This document shows, in pieces, positions 56,609-64,000 of a DNA stretch of 64,000 bases. This stretch comes from Vulcanimicrobiota bacterium. GTDB taxonomy: Bacteria; Vulcanimicrobiota; Vulcanimicrobiia; Vulcanimicrobiales; Vulcanimicrobiaceae. Each line of letters starts with the position of its first letter. Within the stretch, counting starts at the first letter, position 1. Position numbers and translations under genes: made by a program. The notes below the pieces were generated by a model. The model was not told the origin of the DNA and did not search any database. It worked only from the letters and a program-made list of their open reading frames with translations. Location: NCBI GenBank assembly GCA_963795695.1, contig CAWCJH010000002.1, positions 701,241 through 765,240 of the forward strand. The letters run 5' to 3'.

Positions 56609-57401
56609 TCTCGAGGTCGCCTACGCGCTCGACGGCGCGCCCGATGCGCCGGTGCTGGTGCTCGGCAACTCGCTGGGCACCAGCCTGGAGCTGTGGGACG
56701 ACCTGGTCGCGCCGCTGGCGCGCGAGTACCGCGTGCTGCGCTACGACATGCGCGGCCACGGCGGCACCCGGCCGGTGCCGGCGGACGGCACCACCTCGGT
56801 CGGCGCGCTGGCCGACGACGTCGTGGCGCTGCTCGACGCGCTGGGCATCGAGCGCGTCCGCTACGCCGGCATCTCGCTGGGCGGGATGGTCGCGCAGCGG
56901 CTCGCCGCGGCCTACCCGCAGCGGGTCGCGGCGCTGGCGCTGCTGGCGACCGGCCACGTCATCGGCACGGCGGCGGTCTGGGACGAGCGCATCGCGCGGG
57001 TCGAGCGCGAAGGGCTGGACGGCCTGGCCGAGAGCGTGCTGGCGCGCTGGTTCACGCCGCGCACGCACGCCGAGCGGCCGGAGCTGATCGCGCGCTTCGG
57101 CGCGATGCTGCGCGCCACGCCGCCGGCCGGCTACGCCGCCGGCTGCCGCGCGGTGCGCGACGCCGACCTGGGCGCCGGTGACCGCACGATCGCCGCACCG
57201 GCCCTGATCCTGGCCGGCGCGCAGGACGCCGTCACGCCGCCCGCCGCCGGCGAGGCGCTGCGCGGGCTGATCCCCGGCGCGCGCCTGGAGGTGGTGGACG
57301 GGGCCGCCCACATCATCCCCGCCGAGCAGCCCGCGGCCGTGCTCGGCGCGCTGCTGCCGTTCCTGCGCGCGGCCGACGCGCGCGCGGGTGCGCTCCGGTG
57401 A
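56586..57401 (+). CDS. pcaD: 3-oxoadipate enol-lactonase
   Basis: Alpha/beta hydrolase with GISLGG. Sits inside a pca operon. Confidence 0.75.
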   Translation: MPNVRAADLEVAYALDGAPDAPVLVLGNSLGTSLELWDDLVAPLAREYRVLRYDMRGHGGTRPVPADGTTSVGALADDVVALLDALGIERVRYAGISLGGMVAQRLAAAYPQRVAALALLATGHVIGTAAVWDERIARVEREGLDGLAESVLARWFTPRTHAERPELIARFGAMLRATPPAGYAAGCRAVRDADLGAGDRTIAAPALILAGAQDAVTPPAAGEALRGLIPGARLEVVDGAAHIIPAEQPAAVLGALLPFLRAADARAGALR

Positions 57402-57787
57402 GCGACTCGCGCGAGGCCGGGACGGCGACCCGGCGGGCGGTGCTGGGCGACGCGCACGTCGACCGCGCGCAGGCCGCGACGACCGACTTGACCCGCGACT
57501 TCCAGGACTTCATCACCCGCTACGCCTGGGGCGAGGTCTGGAACCGCCCGGGCCTGGAGCGCAAGACGCGCAGCATGCTGACCATCGCGATGATGGCGGC
57601 GCTGGGCCGGCTGGAGGAGCTCGAGCTGCACGTGCGCGCGACGCGCAACACCGGCGTGACGCGCGACGAGGTGCGCGAGATCTTGCTGCAAGTCGCCGTC
57701 TACGCCGGCGTTCCGGCGGCCAACAGCGCCTACCGGCATGCCGCGGCGGTCTACGCCGCAATGGAAGAAGAAGAGGACCGCCCGTGA
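57398..57787 (+). CDS. pcaC: 4-carboxymuconolactone decarboxylase
   Basis: CMD family, 129 aa (FITRYAWGEVW...). GTGA overlap. Confidence 0.8.
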   Translation: MSDSREAGTATRRAVLGDAHVDRAQAATTDLTRDFQDFITRYAWGEVWNRPGLERKTRSMLTIAMMAALGRLEELELHVRATRNTGVTRDEVREILLQVAVYAGVPAANSAYRHAAAVYAAMEEEEDRP

Positions 57788-58503
57788 TCGCACCGTCCCT
57801 GGTCTATCCGCCCGAGCCGCCGGGCACGCAGCCGCCCTACGACTACCCCGGCTACACCAGCACGATCAAGCGCCACCCCACGCGCGACCCGATCGTCGTT
57901 CCGGCCGGGCCGGCGGAGCTGAGCGGGCCGGCGTTCGAGGACCGCTGGTGCGGCCCCGACGTGGTCGACCTCACGCGGCCGCACGCGGGCGGCGAAGAGG
58001 CGCAGGGGCAGCGCATCATCGTCGCGGGGCGCGTGCTCGACGAGGACGGCCGGCCGCTGCGCCGCACGCTGGTCGAGCTGTGGCAGGCCAACGCCGCGGG
58101 CCGCTACCACCACGACTCCGACACGCACGACGCGCCGCTGGACCCGCACTTCACCGGCGCGGGCCAGATGGTGACCGACGACGAGGGGCGCTGGCGCTTC
58201 CTCACGATCCGGCCCGGCGCGTACCCGTGGCGCAACACGTACAACGCCTGGCGCCCGGCGCACCTCCACTTCTCGCTCTTCGGCGCGGGCTTCGGCTCGC
58301 GGCTGATCACGCAGATGTACTTCGAAGGCGACCCGCTGCTGGCGACGGACCCCGTCCTCCACAGCATCCCCGACGCGGCGGCGCGCGCGCGGCTGGTCGC
58401 GGCGTACGACCCCACGCTCAGCGAGGCCGAGTACGCGCTCGGCTATACCTGGGACATCGTGCTGCGCGGGCGCTACGAGACGCCGCGGGAGGCGAGCCGG
58501 TGA
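57784..58503 (+). CDS. pcaH: protocatechuate 3,4-dioxygenase beta subunit
   Basis: Intradiol dioxygenase motifs (LWQANAAGRYHH...RPAHLHFSLFG). Confidence 0.85.
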   Translation: MIAPSLVYPPEPPGTQPPYDYPGYTSTIKRHPTRDPIVVPAGPAELSGPAFEDRWCGPDVVDLTRPHAGGEEAQGQRIIVAGRVLDEDGRPLRRTLVELWQANAAGRYHHDSDTHDAPLDPHFTGAGQMVTDDEGRWRFLTIRPGAYPWRNTYNAWRPAHLHFSLFGAGFGSRLITQMYFEGDPLLATDPVLHSIPDAAARARLVAAYDPTLSEAEYALGYTWDIVLRGRYETPREASR

Positions 58504-58986
58504 CGTACCTGCCGACGGGCTCGCAGACGATCGGGCCGTTCTTCCGCGCGGCGATGCAGCGGCCGGCCTGGAGCGACCTGACGCGCGACGGCGCGCCGGG
58601 CGAGCCGGTCCGCATCGAGGGCACGGTCTACGACGGCGACCGCGCGCCGGTCCCCGACGCGCTGCTGGAGCTGTGGCAGCCCGAGGTCGGCTTCGGCCGC
58701 TCGTGCACCGACGTCGACGGCCGCTACTGGTTTCGCACGGTCACCACGCCGTACGCCAGCGTGTCGATCTTCGCGCGCGGCCTGCTCAAGCGGCTTGATC
58801 ACGCGCATCTACTTCGCCGACCGCGCCGACGAGAACGCGCGCGACCCGCTGCTGCGCTCGATCGCGGACGCCGCGGTGCGCGACACGCTCGTCGCGCAGC
58901 GCAGCGAGCACGTGAGCGGTCTGGTGGCGTACCGCTTCGACATCGTCCTGCAGGGCGCGGGCGAGACGGCGTTCCTCGCGTTTTGA
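58500..58986 (+). CDS. pcaG: protocatechuate 3,4-dioxygenase alpha subunit, interrupted by an apparent +1 frameshift near 58792
   Basis: N-terminal part in frame 0 (...YASVSIFARGLLKRL). The conserved C-terminus ITRIYFADRADENARDPLL...YRFDIVLQGAGETAFLAF* is in frame +1 (context aagcggctTgatc). Length 487 = 3n+1. Confidence 0.75.
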
Positions 58987-60392
58987 TGGTCGCCGACGGC
59001 AGCGCGCTCTACGGCGACCTGTACGGCACCGCGCCGGTGCGCGCGGTCTTCGCGCTGCCCGCGCGGCTGCGCGCGATGCTGGCGTTCGAGGCCGCGCTCG
59101 CCCGCGCGCAGGCGCGCTGCGGCGTGATCCCGGCCGCCGCCGCCGCCGCGATCTCGGCCGCGGCCGCGGCCGCGTTCGCAGGCGCCGAAGCCGCTGCCGA
59201 TCGCGGCGGCCGGCTCGACATCGAGGCGATCGTCGCCGGGACCGAGCGCACCGGCCAGCCCGTCGTACCGCTCACCAAGGAGCTGGCCCGGCTGGCCGGC
59301 CCCGACGCGGGCCGCTACGTGCACTGGGGCGCGACCACGCAGGACGTGGTCGACACCGCCACGGTGCTGCAGCTGCGCGACGCACTGCCGGCGCTCGAAG
59401 CCGACTTGGCCGCCACGATCGCGGGGCTGGCGCGGCGCGCCGCGACCCACCGCGACGACGTGATGGCCGGGCGCACGTTCATGCAGCACGCGCTGCCGAT
59501 CACGTTCGGCTACGTTTGCGCGCAGTGGCTGGCGCCGCTGCCGGCCGCGCTCGACCGGCTGCGGGCGGCCCGCGAGCGCGCGCTGCAACTGCAGTTCGGC
59601 GGCGCGGCGGGAACGCTGGCGTCGCTCGGCGCGCGCGGCCGCGGCGTCGCGCTGGCGCTGGGCGAGGAGCTGGGCCTGCGCGTGCCCGACGCGCCGTGGC
59701 ACGCCGACCGCAGCGCGTTCGCCGAGCTGGCCTGCGCGCTCGGCCTGGCCTGCGGCAGCCTGGCGAAGATCGCGACCGACGTCGCGCTGCTGATGCAGAC
59801 CGAGGTCGGCGAAGTGGCCGAGCCGCACGCGCCGGGGCGCGGCGGGTCCAGCGCGATGCCGCACAAGCGCAACCCGATCGCGTGCGAGTACGCCATCGCG
59901 ACCGCGCGCGGCGTGCACGCGCTCGTGCCGCTGATGCTGACCGCGCTGGCCGGCGACCACCAGCGCTCGACCGGTCCCTGGCAGAGCGAGGAGATCGCCC
60001 TGCCGCGTATCGTCGTGCTCGCCTCGGCGGCGTTCGCGCAGGCGCGCACGCTGGCCGAGGGGATGACCGCCGACACCGCGCGCATGCGGCGCAACGCCGA
60101 CCTGACCGGCGGCCTGATCGTCTCCGAGGCCGTGTCGCTGGCGCTCGCCGAGCGCATCGGCAGCCCCCGCGCGCACGCCGCGGTCGAGCGCGCCGCGGCG
60201 CGCGCGCTCGACGAGGGCGTGCCGCTGCTCGACGCGCTGCTCGCCGACGACGACGTGCGCGCGCAGCTCGACCGCCCCGCGCTCACCGCGCTGCTCGACC
60301 CCACCCGCTACACCGGCGAGGCCGGCGCCGTCGTCGACCGCGTGCTCGCCGCAACGGCCCATATCACCCACTTCGAGAAGGAGCGACCATGA
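58986..60392 (+). CDS. pcaB: 3-carboxy-cis,cis-muconate cycloisomerase
   Basis: Fumarate-lyase superfamily signature GSSAMPHKRNP. TGATG overlap with pcaG. Confidence 0.85.
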   Translation: MVADGSALYGDLYGTAPVRAVFALPARLRAMLAFEAALARAQARCGVIPAAAAAAISAAAAAAFAGAEAAADRGGRLDIEAIVAGTERTGQPVVPLTKELARLAGPDAGRYVHWGATTQDVVDTATVLQLRDALPALEADLAATIAGLARRAATHRDDVMAGRTFMQHALPITFGYVCAQWLAPLPAALDRLRAARERALQLQFGGAAGTLASLGARGRGVALALGEELGLRVPDAPWHADRSAFAELACALGLACGSLAKIATDVALLMQTEVGEVAEPHAPGRGGSSAMPHKRNPIACEYAIATARGVHALVPLMLTALAGDHQRSTGPWQSEEIALPRIVVLASAAFAQARTLAEGMTADTARMRRNADLTGGLIVSEAVSLALAERIGSPRAHAAVERAAARALDEGVPLLDALLADDDVRAQLDRPALTALLDPTRYTGEAGAVVDRVLAATAHITHFEKERP

Positions 60393-61652
60393 AGCGATCG
60401 ACGTTCGTCCTCTCCGGCGCCGCCGCGGGGCTCGCCGCCGCCGCGCCGCGCTTCGCCGTGGCGGCCGGTCCTGCCGCGACGGTGAAGATCGGCTTCCTCG
60501 ACTCGTTCACCGGCGTCTTCTCCGACCTGGGCGCATACCACCGGGCGGGCGCCTTGCTCGCGCTCGAGGACGCCAACCGGCGCGGCCGGGTGAAGTACGA
60601 GTTCAGCTTCGCCGACGACGCCTCCAAGCCGGCGATCGCCACCAGCGAGGCGCGCCGGCTGGCGACCCAGGAGAAGGTCGACGTGCTGTTCGGCGGCGTG
60701 TCGTCGGCGAACGGCCTGGCGCTCTCGCCGCTGGCGCTGGAGCTGGGCATCTTCAACCTGGAGATCGGGCCGCAAGACTCCTCGATCACCGGCGCCAAGG
60801 CCGGCAAGCTGACCTATCGCTTCGGCCCCAACGCCCGGATGCTGTTCGCGCCGCTGCTGCGCCGGGCGCTGGCGCTGGGCCGCAAGTGGTACTTCATCCA
60901 GGCCGACTACGCGCTGGGCCGCGACGGCTACCAGCAGCTCTCCGACGCGCTCAAGCGCGCCGGCGGCACCGAGGTCGGCCACGACATCGTGCCGCTGGGC
61001 ACGTCGGACTTCTCGTCGGTGCTCACCAAGGTGCGCAACAGCGGCGCCGACGTGCTGATCCTCGCCAACAGCGGCCTGGACGCGGCCAACACCGCTAAGC
61101 AGTTCGTCGACTTCGGCCTCAACAAGAAGATGAAGCTGGCCGGCATCGCGCTCGAGGACATCTACTACAAGGCGATTCCGCTCGACGCGATCGCCGGCGC
61201 AACGTTCCCGGTGATCTGGACGCCCAGCGTCTCGGGCGAGCGCGAAGAAGCTCGCTGCCCGCCTCGCGCGCGGCATCCACGGCCCGATCTCCAGCCGCCA
61301 CTACCTTGGCTACGAAGCCCTCACGGCGCTGGTCGACCGGATCGAAGCCGCCGGCACGACGGACCCCGAGAAGCTCGTCGCCGCGTTCGACAACCACAGC
61401 TTCGACGTCGCAAAGGGCTCGAAGGCAACGTGGCGCGCGTGCGACCACCAAGCGATCCAGGACACCTACGCCGGCGCCGTCGTCCCGTCGAAGACGTTCG
61501 CCAAGACGCAAGTGATGTACGACGTGGTCGGCGAGGTGCCCGCACCCGAGTCCGACGGCAGCTGCGACTCGCCCTGGGCGAAGGACGCGACCACGGCGAT
61601 GGCCGGCCAGAAGATCGTCGCTCGCGAGGGGTATACGCCCAAGCGCGTGTAG
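60389..61652 (+). CDS. ABC transporter substrate-binding protein (LivK/branched-chain amino acid-like), interrupted by an apparent +1 frameshift near 61236-61242
   Basis: Signal peptide, then a periplasmic-binding fold in frame 2 up to ...TPSVSGER. The C-terminus (SAKKLAARLARGIHGPISS...KIVAREGYTPKRV*) continues in the +1 frame. AAGGAG RBS and ATGA overlap with pcaB. Confidence 0.7.
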
Positions 61653-61660
61653 CGAGCACC

Positions 61661-61960
61661 GTGGGCCATCCCATAGACGGGCGAGACTGTGGTTGTCTCT
61701 ACGTGCGCGCGGGCAGCGAGCTTCGCTGCTTCGCGCGCTGTGCGGCGCACGGCCCGTCGTTCCTCGATCTGCCGGATGGAACGGGCGTCTTCGAGCCCGA
61801 GCTCGTGCAGACGCTGGTCGATGCGGACGCGGGCGTCGTCCTGCTCTACGCGCCCGTCCTTCCCGAGACGGAGGCCTTCCGAAAGATCCGAGAGCTGCGC
61901 CGGCTGCGCGAAGACAACAGTCGCTCACGGCAGGTTCAGAACGGCTCGATGAAACGGTAA
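61661..61960 (+). CDS. small Cys-containing hypothetical protein (about 100 aa)
   Basis: GTG start. GC at third codon positions is about 80%. CGC-x12-CxxxC near the N-terminus. It overlaps the 3' end of the convergent regulator gene by 36 nt. Low confidence. Confidence 0.3.
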   Translation: MGHPIDGRDCGCLYVRAGSELRCFARCAAHGPSFLDLPDGTGVFEPELVQTLVDADAGVVLLYAPVLPETEAFRKIRELRRLREDNSRSRQVQNGSMKR

Positions 61961-64000
61961 GGTCGCATATGCGGCGCGGGTCCGTTCGTCGGGCAGTTTG
62001 TCGAGCCGATCACGTAAAAGCGTCCGTGCGCGCTCGCGCAACGCGCGCGCCGCCGAAGCATCTCCGAGCGCCTCGAATGCGTCGGCTGCCTTCGCGAGCG
62101 CGTCGACGGGCATGACGACAGCGTTCTCGTCCGCTGCGATGGCTCGATCCAGCTCGGTTGCGAATCGCGCGGCGTTGTCGAGCCTGCCGCATGACAAGAG
62201 AGCAGGGATCATCTCTGTAATGATCTCCAGCCGTTCATCGACGAGGCCGAACGTCTCGCACATCTTCAGTGCCTCGCTGAACGACGCCAAACTCTGCGCA
62301 TCGTTTTGACCGAGTAGGCGCATGGCGCTCGCGCATTGTCCGAGATTGACCGCGATCCTCCGCACGTTGTTTACCTTTCGGCCGAGTTCCAGTGCCCGTT
62401 CTGCGTGCGCGAGCGCTGGTTTGCCGTCGCCTTTCAAGAGAGCCACGTAGGCAAAGTTACCATAGCAGAATGCCCGCAGCCGATCGCTATCAATGCGATT
62501 CGCATAGGTGAGCGCTTGTGCGTACAAGCGCTCCGCGTCGTCCAGAAGTCCGACATGGTTCTCCAACGCCCCGAAGTTGATCGTGATGCCGGCTAGCGAC
62601 TGCGGCTTACCGATCCGCTCGAAGATTGCCGTCGCCGCGCATAAGTGCTCGCGCGCGGACGCGATATCGAAGGCCCACCAATCGATGCGAGCGGCAATCT
62701 GGTGCGCGTTGCCCAAGCCGTCGACGTCGCCGACCTTTTCACAAAGTTCGAGCAGAACGGGGGCCAAGCGAGCGGCCACGTCGCGTTCGCCCATCCCGAC
62801 CGCGTTGTTCGCCTGCGTTCGGACGATCAGCAGCTGGTCGGCAAGCGTCGGCGTCGGCCCCGCATGCCGTACCGCCTCGTCGATCGCCAAGCGCGCCGCC
62901 TCGAAATTCGCGGCGGTCATATGCGCGTGCGACGTTAGACGAAGATCGTCGATGCGCTCCGAGATCGACCGACTGAGGCCTTCGATCGCGTCGATCTCGT
63001 GCATGGCCGCCACCGCCGATGCCGGACGATCCAGAGCGGTCTCCCCTGCCGCACGACAACGCAGCGCCTGCCGGAGCAGCGAGGTGTCGCCTCGCATTCT
63101 CGCAATCGACTCCAATCGATCGGTCGCGTGGCGGTGTCGTTCGAAGTCGCCCGTCTGCAACCCGAGTTCGCTCGAACGCTGAAGGGCGGTCGCGCGTAGC
63201 AGGTCGTCGTCGAGATCGTCCGCGAGCCGGAGCATCGTTGCCACGGCGCCCTGCTGGCGACCGCGGTCGCCCGACTTCGACGCCGCAGATTCAATTATCG
63301 CGTGCAAGGAGAAACACTCCTGAGGCCGGCGCTCGAGTCGTAACGCGTGCTCGGCGAGTGCCATTGCATCTTGCCAGGCAAACTGGGCCTGCGCGACGCT
63401 CGCCGCACGCGCGTAAAAGCGCGCGGCTTCTTCTGATTGCTCTCCCTTCTCGAAATGTTGAGCAAGCGTGCGTGCGAGCTCGTCTTGACGCGTAGGGAAC
63501 AACGCCAGCTGTGCCTTCGCGAATCTCCGATGTCGGCGTGTCTGCACGTGACCCGGCATCGATCGCACGACGGCATCGCGGATCAATTCGTGCGCGAACT
63601 GATAGTCGCCGCGTAGTCCGGTCGCGGTTTCCCGAAGAACGAAGCGATCGACGAGCTCGTCCGTCGCATCGAGAACTTCGGCAAGCGGCCAACCGCAAAC
63701 GTGCTGTACCACGTCGATCGAAACGATCGTGCCACCGATGGCGGCGACGTCCAGTACCGAGCGCGCCGACTCCGAAAGGTTCGAGAGGCGAGCGAGAATG
63801 GCCGTTTCGATGGAGGTCGGTAACGCCGCCTGCTCGCCGAGGTTCCTCGTCTTGCGTGCACTATAGTCGCGGACCAGCTCACTCAGAAATAGGGGATTGC
63901 CTTGCGCCAGTTCGATCGCCCAATCGGCGGCCTCGACCGGTACGTCTTCATGCCCGCGTTGCAGAATGCTGCGACAAGCGGACGACTCGAGTCGCCGGAG
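61925..64000 (-). CDS. large regulatory protein, C-terminal TPR/helical-repeat region of an AAA/NB-ARC-type ATPase regulator (LAL/MalT-like); 5' end outside window
   Basis: The reading frame is open from the window edge (64000) down to the stop at 61925. The track's start at 63712 is only the first GTG in that frame. ...WAIELAQGNPLFLSELVRDY...ARSVLDVAAIGGTIV... is typical of the helical domain that follows the NTPase in these regulators. TPR-like repeats follow. Lower GC (about 60%). Confidence 0.6.
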   Translation of the reverse strand, partial: LRRLESSACRSILQRGHEDVPVEAADWAIELAQGNPLFLSELVRDYSARKTRNLGEQAALPTSIETAILARLSNLSESARSVLDVAAIGGTIVSIDVVQHVCGWPLAEVLDATDELVDRFVLRETATGLRGDYQFAHELIRDAVVRSMPGHVQTRRHRRFAKAQLALFPTRQDELARTLAQHFEKGEQSEEAARFYARAASVAQAQFAWQDAMALAEHALRLERRPQECFSLHAIIESAASKSGDRGRQQGAVATMLRLADDLDDDLLRATALQRSSELGLQTGDFERHRHATDRLESIARMRGDTSLLRQALRCRAAGETALDRPASAVAAMHEIDAIEGLSRSISERIDDLRLTSHAHMTAANFEAARLAIDEAVRHAGPTPTLADQLLIVRTQANNAVGMGERDVAARLAPVLLELCEKVGDVDGLGNAHQIAARIDWWAFDIASAREHLCAATAIFERIGKPQSLAGITINFGALENHVGLLDDAERLYAQALTYANRIDSDRLRAFCYGNFAYVALLKGDGKPALAHAERALELGRKVNNVRRIAVNLGQCASAMRLLGQNDAQSLASFSEALKMCETFGLVDERLEIITEMIPALLSCGRLDNAARFATELDRAIAADENAVVMPVDALAKAADAFEALGDASAARALRERARTLLRDRLDKLPDERTRAAYATLPFHRAVLNLP

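Noticed and set aside
57738-60392. 884-aa ORF in the track
   Set aside because: An alternate frame through pcaH, then a frameshifted read-through of pcaG, then pcaB. Only the pcaB part (58986-60392) and the pcaG N-terminus are real in that frame.
61693-62115. 140-aa plus ORF, and the 87-aa ORF at 61689-61952
   Set aside because: Arg-rich nonsense in an alternate frame. Overlaps the regulator gene.
1-64000. CRISPR arrays, tRNA/rRNA genes, IS elements, integrases
   Set aside because: No direct-repeat arrays. No intergenic region over 120 bp with tRNA-like T-loop (GGTTCGAATCC) motifs. No transposase or integrase-like ORFs.

Overview
High-GC (about 70% GC) bacterial chromosomal segment with dense, largely non-overlapping-function genes. 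A TonB-dependent-receptor-like outer-membrane protein suggests a diderm organism; taxonomy cannot be fixed from sequence alone. About 57 genes are supported. Adjacent genes commonly share 4-nt overlaps (GTGA, ATGA or TGATG), consistent with operons and translational coupling. No rRNA, tRNA, CRISPR arrays, transposases or integrases were recognised. Housekeeping and metabolic content: M1 aminopeptidase, PBP4 (DacB), TldD/PmbA, malic enzyme, thioredoxin reductase, an SSS transporter, ABC transporters, a flotillin operon and a protocatechuate (pca) beta-ketoadipate cluster. Most notable loci, in order of interest. First, a compact minus-strand cluster at 43.6-54.1 kb encoding B12-dependent glutamate mutase (GlmS/GlmE), a stand-alone adenylation enzyme, a membrane di-iron desaturase/hydroxylase, an FAD/NAD(P)-binding oxidoreductase, an O-methyltransferase and two MFS exporters; it looks like a PKS/NRPS-free pathway to a 3-methylaspartate-derived small molecule. 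Second, a membrane-anchored DUF4157 (HExxH) toxin-like protein whose C-terminal region has a PD-(D/E)xK-like signature, followed by a possible immunity gene. Third, a KaiC-like ATPase operon with a REC-PP2C-HATPase fusion. Also: a low-GC islet with two small genes; tandem TlpA-TPR paralogs; three apparent +1 frameshifts in otherwise well-conserved genes (flotillin, pcaG, ABC substrate-binding protein), which are either sequencing errors or pseudogenes. Many long ORFs in the supplied track are alternate-frame or antisense artefacts of the high GC content and were not called.
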